The notes under the pieces: generated by a model
The model's input: only the letters and a program-made list of their open reading frames with translations
The model's database searches: none
Told to the model about the DNA's origin: nothing
Part shown: one piece after another, positions 20,717 through 30,792 of the stretch
Layout: each line of letters begins with the position of its first letter
Numbering within the stretch: the first letter of the stretch is position 1
Translations under genes and position numbers: made by a program
Source of the DNA: Candidatus Zhuqueibacterota bacterium
Lineage (GTDB): Bacteria; Zhuqueibacterota; JdFR-76; DREG01
Direction: 5' to 3'
NCBI GenBank assembly: GCA_022566355.1
Contig: JADFJB010000001.1
Span: 234-64,233, forward strand
DNA length: 64,000 nt

Positions 20717-22011
20717 TTTCCCATTGCAAAATCACCGCCAACCGCACGTTCAAGCGCTGCCACTTGTTTGCAATAGTTGGCTTGTTCATTGGTATATGCC
20801 AATCGAAGTTGTAGAAGCATACGTTCTGCATCCAGTAAATTGAGAAAATCCAGTTTGCCGGTTTGGTACGCAGCAATGGCTGATTGCAAACTGCTCTCCG
20901 CTTGCGTAAGTAAACCCTGTTCGTACAAATCCAAAATTTCTGCCAGTGTTTTTATTTGAAAAATTAGGTCTGCAACCTCAGCTTGAACATGATTCATCAA
21001 GTTCTCATAGCTTAAATTCTGTGCCAGGATATTCTCTTCGGCCTGGTTCACACCAGCTTTTCTACCGCCTAACCATATAGGCAGGTTAATACCAACCAAG
21101 ATACCGAAAGGATCTTTACCTGAATCCGAAAATGAATTGTTTACCTTAGGAATTGTAATGTAAGTGGCTTGAATATTGAAATCCGGGTAGTAATTTTTTT
21201 TCGCCAATCTTTTGGCGAACTCAGCCTTTCGGATCATCGATTGATTGGCAAGCAGTTCTTGGCGCTGTGCAAGAGCCCGCTGCAATAATTGATTTTCATT
21301 GAGTTGAATCCTGCATGAATCGATCACCACAACGAGTCCAATGGGCGCATTCACTGGTTGATCCAACAAGGCATTCATTCTTGTTACCACGCCTGTTCGC
21401 ATTTTATCAAAGTTGAGTTGTTTAACGATGATGTTTGAAATTTCCACATGGGCTTTTAGTACTTGCGCCTGGATGCCTTGTCCGGTACTGTATCTTGTTG
21501 TAGCTACCTGGGCGAAATCACGGAGTAGATCAAGATATTGGTCGAGTATTTGTTTTGAACGGTCAACTTTGTAAAGATTGAAATAAGTAGTCTTTACTTT
21601 GAAAATCACATCACGGCGAACTGCACTCAGGTGATATTGGGCCGCTTCAGCATCCTGGTTGGCAATCTCACCTTTAAGACCAAGTTTGCCTGGAAACGGA
21701 ATGCGCTGTGTCAGCATGAATACATTTTCTTGCGGTCCAACTCGTGTTTCCACATTCTCTATCCACCTGGTATAACTTAACATTGGATCTGGCAGGGTAG
21801 AGACCTGGCTCGGAATATTGAGAAAAGCCAAGTAGCGTTTCTCAGCTGCTTGAATGGCAGGATTGTTCTGTGCAGCCTCTTGAATCAAATAGTTTAAGGA
21901 TACCGGGGCCTTGGTTTTCAAGTCACTTGCACCCGTTTTTCCCTGGGCACTAATTTGCCAGGGAATCCAAATCCCTGAAATCAAAAATAAATAGAAATAA
22001 ACTCGAAGCAT
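20713..22011 (-). CDS. TolC-family outer membrane efflux protein (CusC-like)
   Basis: 432 aa with signal peptide and TolC repeat structure. ATGA overlap with cusB-like gene. Confidence 0.8.
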   Translation of the reverse strand: MLRVYFYLFLISGIWIPWQISAQGKTGASDLKTKAPVSLNYLIQEAAQNNPAIQAAEKRYLAFLNIPSQVSTLPDPMLSYTRWIENVETRVGPQENVFMLTQRIPFPGKLGLKGEIANQDAEAAQYHLSAVRRDVIFKVKTTYFNLYKVDRSKQILDQYLDLLRDFAQVATTRYSTGQGIQAQVLKAHVEISNIIVKQLNFDKMRTGVVTRMNALLDQPVNAPIGLVVVIDSCRIQLNENQLLQRALAQRQELLANQSMIRKAEFAKRLAKKNYYPDFNIQATYITIPKVNNSFSDSGKDPFGILVGINLPIWLGGRKAGVNQAEENILAQNLSYENLMNHVQAEVADLIFQIKTLAEILDLYEQGLLTQAESSLQSAIAAYQTGKLDFLNLLDAERMLLQLRLAYTNEQANYCKQVAALERAVGGDFAMGK

Positions 22012-22149
22012 TTTTTCTCCTTCGATTTAACTTCATTAACTAAAATAATGAGATGAGTAACCACACAAACAATATGTGCATGGTCACGATAAATTTATGT
22101 TTTGAAAAAAATCAGATAAAAAAGGATGTAGTACACCCCGGGGAGAGTT

Positions 22150-22536
22150 TCAATTCAAAAAGGAGCAGAAGTAGAGGAAAAGGTGATCTTCAGTTAAAAA
22201 ATTCAAGAAATGCTGATCATAACGAAAATTGAGAATATTTGGGTTATGAGAAGTTAATTGTGGATCATTGTGAAGACAAATAATTAGCTTTTGATTGAAT
22301 GTCTTAATTACAGCTTTCTGAATAGGAAGTTGTTGATCCTGGGCGCTTTTTGACTCAATATTGCAACATTCTTTATGACATTCAGATTGCTGGGCACAGC
22401 AACTATGACTTTTTGCTGTTTGGAAATTTAAGAAACCTGCAAAGCAATTTAATGGAATAAAGAAGAGTAGATTAGTTGCGATTAAAAAGGCTGCAATTAA
22501 TTTACAATTGAGAGATTTTTGGTTTTGTTTTGGCAT
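22150..22536 (-). CDS. small membrane-anchored Cys-rich protein, hypothetical (possible metal-binding/regulatory)
   Basis: 128 aa with N-terminal TM and SHSCCAQQSECHKECCN cluster. 139 bp upstream of the cusC-like gene, same strand. Architecture parallels 9306-9728. Confidence 0.45.
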   Translation of the reverse strand: MPKQNQKSLNCKLIAAFLIATNLLFFIPLNCFAGFLNFQTAKSHSCCAQQSECHKECCNIESKSAQDQQLPIQKAVIKTFNQKLIICLHNDPQLTSHNPNILNFRYDQHFLNFLTEDHLFLYFCSFLN

Positions 22537-22862
22537 TCTTAATTTAGTTTGAACAGAAAAGTTGTCTTTATTATTTCATTGTTTCAATCTATTGTGTGAA
22601 AAACGGATTTTCAAATGATTTTAAGTTTTTGAATTTACTTTGTGTTTGAAAATAAGAGATTGATGAAAAATAAAGCCCGGGGGTCTTAAAGATATCCAGG
22701 ATATGCCACCAAAATATTTTTGGTTGGATAGCTTTGATGAGAGGGTTATGTTAATAAGACAGCATCAATATTTACTTATTTTGTTTTATAGGGTAGCATT
22801 CAGTATAAATTTGAGACTAACTTGTCCTCAAAATATTTAATTTGTAAACTACTTCAAAGTCC

Positions 22863-22946
22863 CCTGTTGAGAGGCTGTTGTAGAATACACATATCTGGCG
22901 AAATGTCATTTTTGGATACATTTTGCAACAGCCTGTTGAGAGAGGG
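22863..22946. promoter_or_regulatory. paired palindromic/direct motif in cus-operon upstream region (candidate operator)
   Basis: cctgttgagaggctgttg (22863-22880) and caacagcctgttgagagaggg (22926-22946) share direct cctgttgagag and inverted gctgttg/caacagc. ~390 bp upstream of the small Cys-rich gene. Confidence 0.3.
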
Positions 22947-23203
22947 ATTTAGGAGTGTTTCGTGAAAAAATTCATATAAAATTAGGAGTTTCTTAGATCC
23001 TGAGGCTTAAAAGACGGATACCAGATCCAGATGCCGGATAATATCATTTATACTCTACTACTATCGTCCGTTGTCTATCGTCTATCGTTAAAAGTCTATA
23101 TTTTGAATCCGGCATCCGGCATCCGGCATCCGACATCTGGGTGGAGCGGGTGTGAGTTCTGGTATCCGGTACCTGTCATACAGCATCCAGCATCTGATAT
23201 TCC

Positions 23204-25027
23204 TTAACCTGCCCCTCCACCACCCCCACCGGCGCCTCCGCCCCCACCGGCTGATGCACCGCCACCGGTTCCTGTGGCTGAACTAAAGCTGCTGCTTGCC
23301 ACGGTAACCATAGAAGAAACTGCAGTCCCAAATGCTGTTCCAAAGCTGTCACCCGAGTACTCACCATGATAGATGTACCATGGGAAAATGGTGCTGTGCA
23401 TTTTGTCAGGTACCAGGTTAATCAGTTGTTTAATTCGCTTGGACGTTAATCCAAGAATCATGCCGTAAATCAAATAACGATCCATCATCGTGGTTATTTC
23501 GCTTCGATCTGTTTGGGTAAATTTGTACCTGCGCAGGTATCGCCCTAAAGCTTTCCATTGCGCATATTGGTCAATGTATTCCCTTGAAATCCGGTAAGTG
23601 GCTACTGTGATAATAAACAATACCAAGCCTACCACACATGGGATAATTGCGCCGGGACCCGTAATAGGTATGGACACAAACCCTACCAGAATAAGACCTA
23701 GGGATGGGATCAAACCTTTCATCATTTTTCGTCTACTGTCTAAATCGTAAAACCCCTTTTCTTTTGCCAGGTCTGCAATTTCTTTTCTCCATTTGGAAAA
23801 CCATTTTGTCGTCTTACTTCTGGATTTTGCTATTTCTTTCATTGAAATTGAATGGCCATCCTTTGATAACTCCTCAAATAGATAATCGATGAGTTTATTT
23901 TCAAATGGTTGCAGGTCTCCAAATTTCTCTTCCAGATGATCCTTTTCTAATTTTATCGAGAATTCCGTTTTTTCTTTTTTACCAAAGATCGAATTGACGC
24001 TGACCTTCTCTTCCGAAATCTTAAGAAAACCTCTCCTGGCTAAATCAAAAAGAGTGGCAACCATTGCACTGCCTGTAACAGATCGATACTTGACAAAATA
24101 TCCCATAAGTGCAGGAGGCAAGTCATTGGGAATATCGGAATAATATTGGCTGCGAAATTTCGAAGGGTAAGGTCGGCCATGTTGATTGAAGATTGGCAGC
24201 CAAATTAGAAAACCTGCTATTGCTAAAACTGACAATACGATTGCACCTGTTTTCCAGCGCTTATTTCTTTCTGCCAATTCCTGTTGAGCCCTGATCCTTG
24301 CTTCATTGGCTTCCCGGGCCCATCGGGTCTCTTCCGCGATGATATTGTCCAACATACTCGTCGATGCCGATAACGGTAAATTTGAAACTAATCGTGCAGG
24401 GAATAAAATCCTGCCTTCCCAGAATCTATATCTTGGCAGATCCACAATATCCAGGTGGATTGTGGTTTCATCCATTATTGTTACATTTCCCCATAACGGA
24501 CCGTGCGCCCAGGCTCGCACTTCATCCAGTGCAGCGCCATATGGCAATTTTACGATTACATTGACTTCCCTGGTTCCGTGATCCCACTCACCGCCGACAA
24601 ATTGGTAATTGAGTTCAGCGACATCCGGATAAATATTCAGAATGTTTGTAAGCTTGTAGGAAAGGATAAAAGTCTTGCTTTCATTTCTTGCGCTATAAAA
24701 CCACTTCACATAAAATTCATCATTGCTATAACTAACCTGGTAGGTTCCCTTTTCTTTACCTGAACTACTGTGGTAAATAAAGTTTTCATCCCTTAATACA
24801 AAATTCTCAATTGAATCAAAACCTTTGACAGACTTTCGATAATCAGCCCAGCGAAATCTACCTTTGAACTTATAAGTCCTGAATTCCTGAATATCGATGC
24901 TGCCATCCAGGTTTACCGTGGCAATAATTTCAATTTTGATAATTTTGTAAGATTTGGCATATAGGGATAAAACATTCAATAAAGCTAATAGAAAAATGGT
25001 CATGCAAATAATTGAAATTCGTCTCAT
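23204..25027 (-). CDS. DUF2207 domain membrane protein with Gly-rich C-terminal tail
   Basis: 607 aa with signal peptide, extracytoplasmic domain, central TM helices and a terminal GGGASAGGGGGAGGGGGGAG tail. Confidence 0.75.
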   Translation of the reverse strand: MRRISIICMTIFLLALLNVLSLYAKSYKIIKIEIIATVNLDGSIDIQEFRTYKFKGRFRWADYRKSVKGFDSIENFVLRDENFIYHSSSGKEKGTYQVSYSNDEFYVKWFYSARNESKTFILSYKLTNILNIYPDVAELNYQFVGGEWDHGTREVNVIVKLPYGAALDEVRAWAHGPLWGNVTIMDETTIHLDIVDLPRYRFWEGRILFPARLVSNLPLSASTSMLDNIIAEETRWAREANEARIRAQQELAERNKRWKTGAIVLSVLAIAGFLIWLPIFNQHGRPYPSKFRSQYYSDIPNDLPPALMGYFVKYRSVTGSAMVATLFDLARRGFLKISEEKVSVNSIFGKKEKTEFSIKLEKDHLEEKFGDLQPFENKLIDYLFEELSKDGHSISMKEIAKSRSKTTKWFSKWRKEIADLAKEKGFYDLDSRRKMMKGLIPSLGLILVGFVSIPITGPGAIIPCVVGLVLFIITVATYRISREYIDQYAQWKALGRYLRRYKFTQTDRSEITTMMDRYLIYGMILGLTSKRIKQLINLVPDKMHSTIFPWYIYHGEYSGDSFGTAFGTAVSSMVTVASSSFSSATGTGGGASAGGGGGAGGGGGGAG

Positions 25028-25148
25028 TGTTGTAGCTCCTTGCTTTAAATAAAACTTGCGATGTTACCCAAATAAATAGGGTTTATTCAATAGACAAGTT
25101 TTATTGCATCAATATCCCGCAAGAATTATCCTCGTTGATAATTGGTCA

Positions 25149-27392
25149 TTAATCAAGCATCATACTCAAGCTCACCCGCCCCCTTTCCAAATCCACTTTC
25201 AGCACCCGAATTTCTATCACATCTCCCACGGCTACCACATCCAATGGATTGCGTCCTTTTTTACCCATCTCACTGCGGTGAACCAGCCCGTCTTGTTTTA
25301 CGCCGATGTCCACAAAGGCGCCGAAATCCACCACATTTCTTACGGTTCCTTTGAGAATCATGCCTTCACGCAGATCTTCCATTTTTAGTACGTCGCTGCG
25401 AAAAATGGGTTTGGGCATATCAGCGCGAGGATCGCGGCCGGGCTTTTCCAAATTTTCGATGATGTCTTCAAGAGTCGGCTCACCGATTCCAACATCAGCT
25501 GCTAAATCTGCCAAACTTTGTTTATTCTCCTGAATCCGTTCACGCAGAAGCTCGCTTCGCAGTGTAATAGTAGCCAGATCGAGGCCTAGTTTTTTTAATA
25601 ATTTTTCGGTGGCTCCGTAAGATTCCGGGTGAATGGCAGTCCGCTCCAATAAATTTTTGCTTTCGGGAATGCGAAGAAAACCTGCACATTGCTCATATGC
25701 TTTTGGCCCCATTCCACTGACCTTGGTTAGCTGTTCCCGATTTGTAAAACTGCCTTGTTGATCACGATGAGAAAGAATATTCTTGGCCGTGCGGGAATTT
25801 AAACCGGAGACAAATTGCAGGAGGGCTGCGGAAGCCGTGTTTAAATCAACGCCTACATAATTGACCACGGATTCCACAACGATGTCTAATGATTCACTTA
25901 ATTTTTTCTGATTGATATCATGCTGGTATAAACCGACGCCAATTGATTTCGGATCGATCTTAACCAATTCGGATAACGGATCGAGTAAGCGTCTGGCGAT
26001 TGAAATATTGCCCCGCATGCTGGCGTCCAATTTCGGGAATTCTTCCCGGGCGATTTCCGACGCTGAATAAACCGAGGCGCCGGCTTCGTTAACGATTACA
26101 TATACCACGTCATTCAACTGCTCCCGGATAAGATCTGCCACTAACTGCTCGGTTTCCCGCGAGGCTGTACCATTTCCGATAGCGATGACATTTACAAAAT
26201 GTTTATTGGTAAAATCAAATAGAGTGCGTTTTGCTTCGTCATAATTATTTTGCGGAGGATGGGGAAAAATGGTTGTCCCCTCCAAATATTTACCGGTTTC
26301 GTCGATAACGGCAATCTTACAGCCGGAACGAAAACCGGGATCAATGCCCATAATTCGCTTTCCCCTGATCGGGGGTTGCAGCAATAGATTGCGCAGGTTT
26401 TTTGTGAAAATGTTAATCGCATGCAAATCGGCTTTTTCCGTAAGCTGGTTTCGAATTTCCCGTTCGATAGAAGGTTCGATTAAACGTTTGTAAGCATCCA
26501 GAATCGACTCTTCAAAATGACTCGTGAAGATAGACATCGGTTCGGTGATTAACATTTGCTCTGTCAATTTAATGATTTTATCCTGTTCAACTTCGATGTT
26601 TACTTTCAGGATACCTTCTTTTTCACCACGATTCATCGCCAGGATCCGGTGGGGCGGGATTTGCTTTACCGGTTCATTGTAATCGTAGTACATCTCAAAA
26701 TCAGACCGGCTTTCCTTATCCTTAGCTTCACTTTCAACTACTCCATTGCGAGTCGTGTATTCTCGTGTAAACTGGCGAATATCGGCGCGATCCGATACCA
26801 TCTCGGCTACAATATCACAAGCGCCCTGGAGTGCATCTGCCACGGTCGGGATTTCTTTCTCCGCATCGACAAACGGTTGTGCCAACTCTTCCGGTGTTCC
26901 ATCCAGCGTTTCTTGCTGCCAGATCAACATGGCAAGGGGTTCCAATCCCCGCGCCTTCGCCACCGTTCCCCGGGTTTTCCGTTTTGGTTTATATGGTAAA
27001 TAAAGATCTTCAACTTCCTGCAATTTCCTGGTTTGGCAAATCCGGGATCGCAATTCGTCCGTTAGTTTTTCTTGCTCAGCGATGGTTTTAAGGACGGTTT
27101 GCTTTCTTTCTTCCAAATTGCGTAAATACTTGATGTGCGTTTGAACATTGCGAATTTGTTCTTCATCCAGCTTGCCGGTTACTTCTTTTCTGTAGCGAGC
27201 GATAAACGGAATGGTATTGTCCTGGTCCAATAATTCGACTGTACTCTTAACCTGGTTGACTCTCAACTCCAAATCATCGGCAATGATCTCAATCATCCTG
27301 TCTTGTGACATGCAGGTGTACTGATTGGTAGCTTTTTCGCTATTTGCTTGCTCGGGCATGTTTGGTTGAACTCCTTTTGAATATTGGAACAA
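25149..27392 (-). CDS. tex: Tex-family transcription accessory protein (YqgF/HhH/S1 domains)
   Basis: IADDLELRVNQVKSTVELLDQDNTIPFIARYRKEVTG near N-terminus and C-terminal S1 domain (GMILKGTVRNVVDFGAFVDIGVKQDGLVH). True start is probably an internal Met (MPEQ.. or MSQDRM..). Confidence 0.9.
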   Translation of the reverse strand: MFQYSKGVQPNMPEQANSEKATNQYTCMSQDRMIEIIADDLELRVNQVKSTVELLDQDNTIPFIARYRKEVTGKLDEEQIRNVQTHIKYLRNLEERKQTVLKTIAEQEKLTDELRSRICQTRKLQEVEDLYLPYKPKRKTRGTVAKARGLEPLAMLIWQQETLDGTPEELAQPFVDAEKEIPTVADALQGACDIVAEMVSDRADIRQFTREYTTRNGVVESEAKDKESRSDFEMYYDYNEPVKQIPPHRILAMNRGEKEGILKVNIEVEQDKIIKLTEQMLITEPMSIFTSHFEESILDAYKRLIEPSIEREIRNQLTEKADLHAINIFTKNLRNLLLQPPIRGKRIMGIDPGFRSGCKIAVIDETGKYLEGTTIFPHPPQNNYDEAKRTLFDFTNKHFVNVIAIGNGTASRETEQLVADLIREQLNDVVYVIVNEAGASVYSASEIAREEFPKLDASMRGNISIARRLLDPLSELVKIDPKSIGVGLYQHDINQKKLSESLDIVVESVVNYVGVDLNTASAALLQFVSGLNSRTAKNILSHRDQQGSFTNREQLTKVSGMGPKAYEQCAGFLRIPESKNLLERTAIHPESYGATEKLLKKLGLDLATITLRSELLRERIQENKQSLADLAADVGIGEPTLEDIIENLEKPGRDPRADMPKPIFRSDVLKMEDLREGMILKGTVRNVVDFGAFVDIGVKQDGLVHRSEMGKKGRNPLDVVAVGDVIEIRVLKVDLERGRVSLSMMLD

Positions 27393-27614
27393 TTAGAATA
27401 TAGTCTATCTTATATAATAACTATAACCTGTATTTCACAAGAAAAAAAGCTTAAATTTTAAAGCGGAAATTAATGGGAGGTCTTTTTTGTATTTGGATCA
27501 TCTATTTTTTTAAGCTACCCCGTGGTTAGATATAAAATGTAAGTTGCAATTATTACAAAGCCTAGCAGTTCGAATGAAGCAAGCAACATAAGCATTCTTA
27601 GTCTTGATAATATT

Positions 27615-27991
27615 TCAATCCTTTATCATTTTAATTGCATCTTCCATACTTGATGCAATATCGAATCCTTTTAAAGCGGGAAGGCCAATCATTGTCAGGC
27701 TGTCCATATATTCTTCAGGGAAATTGACACAAACTAAATGACCATTATCATTGTTGCTTACTTCTTGCCAAAGATTGAAAAGTGCTCTAACAACATTCTT
27801 GTCAGCAAATTTTTCTTCAATTTTGATAATACAGGAAGTTGTTTTTGAATCCTCTACTTGTTTTTGATACTGGTTAATTATTTTTCATTGATTATTTAAA
27901 GAATTCCCCTTATTAAAAGCAGTTCCTCATCGTATTTTAAAGTTAGAACAGGGATTCCTTCTTTAATCTTTCCATTAACCTTGACTCCCAT
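27615..27991 (-). pseudogene. STAS-domain (anti-sigma-factor-antagonist-like) gene, copy 1, frame-disrupted
   Basis: N-terminal frame encodes MGVKVNGKIKEGIPVLTLKYDEELLLIRGIL*. The C-terminal STAS part (KIINQYQKQVEDSKTTSCIIKIEEKFADKNVVRALFNLWQEVSNNDNGHLVCVNFPEEYMDSLTMIGLPALKGFDIASSMEDAIKMIKD) is in the -1 frame and preceded by an in-frame TGA. ~80% nt identity to copy 2. Confidence 0.55.
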
Positions 27992-28058
27992 TATCTGGCC
28001 CAATAATTAATTATTCTTAATAATGATCTGTATATTTTATATTAGGAATGTTCCTTTA

Positions 28059-28796
28059 CTAAAGTCTAGTAAGACTGGAAGTTAGATATAATTCAAGTTT
28101 CCACATGCGAAATGCCATTTGTCGTAAGCTTAGACTCACCAAAAGGCTAATAATTGTGAAAACAAGAAATTTCAAAAGTTGTGGCGAAAAATAAATCCAG
28201 GATTGGTTGGGAAATTGCTGAAAAACTTCAATATACATCAATATTATGAGTTGAATTGACAAAAGCAGGATAGCACAACTAACCCCCATGCTAAACCGAA
28301 ATCTCCTGTGTACCCTTTGAGCTTGTTTAAGTACAGCCGGACACCTTTCGCCAAATTTATCAGCGATAAATGTACGGTAAATCACCAGTCGATTCCAGGG
28401 GCTTGCAATTTGTAATGTTTCAATTATTCCAGATAACTGTTCCAACTCATTTTCAATATCAGAATTAGCATCAACTGTCAAATGATCGATTGTAGGAGAT
28501 GCAAATTTATAAATAATAATGTTAACTCGATCCAATATTTTTTGTCTAAAGTTTTTGCCTCTTTTTAGTTTTGCATGTGAATACCGGTAAAGTGCAACGT
28601 CGATATAAGAATTAATGATCAGACCAAATGTATAAGTTAAAATGAATCCCAGAAGAATAACAATAACCTTCTGATTCCAAAAACCTGATTTAAAATCAGG
28701 CCAATGCCATAGACCTACAGAAAAGAGTATAACTACTCCAGGACAAACATAGGTGAAAAACTCAAAAAGGTCGATCTTGTCCAGTATATCCTTCAT
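28059..28796 (-). CDS. hypothetical polytopic membrane protein
   Basis: 245 aa with ~5 predicted TM helices and no recognisable motif. Flanked by the two STAS copies as direct repeats. Confidence 0.5.
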   Translation of the reverse strand: MKDILDKIDLFEFFTYVCPGVVILFSVGLWHWPDFKSGFWNQKVIVILLGFILTYTFGLIINSYIDVALYRYSHAKLKRGKNFRQKILDRVNIIIYKFASPTIDHLTVDANSDIENELEQLSGIIETLQIASPWNRLVIYRTFIADKFGERCPAVLKQAQRVHRRFRFSMGVSCAILLLSIQLIILMYIEVFQQFPNQSWIYFSPQLLKFLVFTIISLLVSLSLRQMAFRMWKLELYLTSSLTRL

Positions 28797-28910
28797 AGAA
28801 CTAGATTTTACTTATTTGTTTACAATTTCATCTTAATTTATTTAATCTTATATATGAAAAACTGGGAGCCATATGATGTTTTTCTAATCCTAATTTAACA
28901 AACACTGTAT

Positions 28911-29296
28911 TCAACTTTTTATCTTTTTAATTGCGTCTTCCTCACTTGCAAGATAAAATCCTTTTAATACGGGCAAGCCAATTGATGTCAGGCTGTCCAT
29001 ATAATCTTCAGGATAATTGACGCAGACTAAAATACCATTATTATTGTCGGTTACTTCTTTCCAAAGATCAAAAAGTGCTCTAACAACAGCACTTCCAGCA
29101 AATTTAGCTTCAATTTTGATAATACAGGAAGTGGTTTCTGAGGCATCTTGTAGACTTTGGTACTGGTTAATTATTTCTTTACTAATTATTTTATCAACCC
29201 CCTTTTTAAAAGCAGTTCCTTATCCATATAATTTAAAGTGAGAACTATGATGCCATCTTCCATCTGGCCAGTAACTTTGATATCTTCTTTTTTCAT
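28911..29296 (-). CDS. STAS-domain protein, copy 2; intact only if a -1 frameshift occurs at U_UUA_AAA
   Basis: Frame 0: MKKEDIKVTGQMEDGIIVLTLNYMDKELLLK then RGLIK*. Frame -1 continues KGVDKIISKEIINQYQSLQDASETTSCIIKIEAKFAGSAVVRALFDLWKEVTDNNNGILVCVNYPEDYMDSLTSIGLPVLKGFYLASEEDAIKKIKS*. Junction lies on sense-strand cUUUUAAAAAggggg (forward 29203-29211). Length 386 nt = 129 codons - 1. Confidence 0.55.
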
Positions 29297-29638
29297 TATT
29301 ATACCTTAAAATTATTTTTAGTAATGATTTTTATATTTTAAAGTGCGATTATTATAAGTAGGTACCCACAATACTATTAACATAAATTAAATTTTCAGAT
29401 CTTTATTTTTTTCTTAGCCGGGACAACATCTTTGCTAAATATCATTTTCATGGTTCGCCCTAATTCTGACACTTCAATCTTACTAATTAATTAGGAATAT
29501 CACTTGTCTTTTGAATTTTAGCTGCATCTACATTTTTATTTTGCTACTAATTCTTCCTCTTTACTTGGAATATATTCGTTCATAGTTTTATATTTTGAGT
29601 CTTAGAGGCTTCGAGGCTGAATAGTTACAGATAGTGTA

Positions 29639-30169
29639 ATGAATAAGACAAAAAAAAGTTGTAAAGAAATTCGAGAGCAGGTGGTTCTTTTTCTTTTGTT
29701 CATCACTTCAGAAGATTGTTTGCAGGCATATGAAAACTCAATTTCACAAGAAAAACTTGCTTTTGAGTTGAGCCGGATCTGGTTCGACGAGATTTATATT
29801 CCGGGAATGATTTACCTCGTCGATGGTTTGAAGGGTAACTTTAGTGAAAATAATGCCCGGGAATTTGAGAAATGTTTCACAGAGAAAGAATTCAAATCAT
29901 TAGAACGATTCCATCGATTTTTTGAATTACGAATGGATATGCTTTCTAAAGACATGAAAAAGAAGGGAACCATCCCGCAAAACGACTCATGGCAGCATCT
30001 AAAAAAACATGCGTCCTATCTGGCTGATGAACTGGAACCGAATGCGGATGAAAAAAGAAAACATCTGGAGAGGATGGTTAAAGATGGATTGTTGGATGAT
30101 GGAAAGTTGCTGAAAGGCAGCATCCGGGATAAATGGGTGTTGCCGTTAACAACAACGATGGATAAATAA
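29639..30169 (+). CDS. hypothetical protein
   Basis: 176-aa ORF, the only plus-strand gene in a minus-strand region. Charged, helical, no recognised motif. Confidence 0.45.
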   Translation: MNKTKKSCKEIREQVVLFLLFITSEDCLQAYENSISQEKLAFELSRIWFDEIYIPGMIYLVDGLKGNFSENNAREFEKCFTEKEFKSLERFHRFFELRMDMLSKDMKKKGTIPQNDSWQHLKKHASYLADELEPNADEKRKHLERMVKDGLLDDGKLLKGSIRDKWVLPLTTTMDK

Positions 30170-30279
30170 AAAGGATCATGAATAATCCTCAGAATTAGAT
30201 TTCCAATTTGGAATAATCATTTGTGCCATTCATGGGGCGTTGAACAAATCCAGGGAACCCATTTATGGTTTCCGGAATC

Positions 30280-30783
30280 TCACATATATTTCAATCCCAA
30301 TCCAATGTAAATAACCATAGCTGCGAACCCTATATTTACCATCAAAAGAAAGAAAATTTTTCGGCGAATTTTTTTATAGGATTCCGGAAACGATTCTAAC
30401 TTTTGATCATAGCTTCTAGCCATGGAGATTAACCTTGGACCGTACACCGAATTTTGTATTCCCTGGCTAACAATAATCAGTGTCACTAGAATTAGTTTAA
30501 AAACTAAAAAATTGATGTAATTTGAACTAAAGTTAAAATTACGCATATAGCTGACATTAATTAAATTGAAGATCCCAGTCAAAATAATCACTCCAATTGC
30601 TTCCCATTGAACCGTCTTAAACCGGTTATTTATTTTTATTAAGACTTCAGCAAATTCTCTGGTTGAAGCAAAGTGATTCTTTAAGACCGGACTTATAACC
30701 AACACAAAACAAATAGTGCCACCTACCCAGACGATGACAGCCAGGATGTGCAGCCACAGGATAAAAGTGCCGAATGTAAACAT
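30280..30783 (-). CDS. CopD-family-like 4-TM membrane protein
   Basis: 167 aa. LWLHILAVIVWVGGTI is the H..W.GG signature shared by CopD/DUF2214/HemJ-like small membrane proteins. Confidence 0.45.
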   Translation of the reverse strand: MFTFGTFILWLHILAVIVWVGGTICFVLVISPVLKNHFASTREFAEVLIKINNRFKTVQWEAIGVIILTGIFNLINVSYMRNFNFSSNYINFLVFKLILVTLIIVSQGIQNSVYGPRLISMARSYDQKLESFPESYKKIRRKIFFLLMVNIGFAAMVIYIGLGLKYM

Positions 30784-30792
30784 TATATGATT

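Noticed and set aside
23101-23135. The (ccggcat) heptamer run, the 17-bp x4 repeat at 38284 and the (ggtattt)x5 run were considered as possible CRISPR arrays.
   Set aside because: Units are contiguous with no unique spacers, arrays are tiny and no cas genes are nearby. They are simple tandem repeats.
23176-23367. 63-aa ORF overlapping the Gly-rich 3' end of the DUF2207 gene.
   Set aside because: Same-region alternative frame of a GC-rich Gly-codon tract. This is a shadow ORF.
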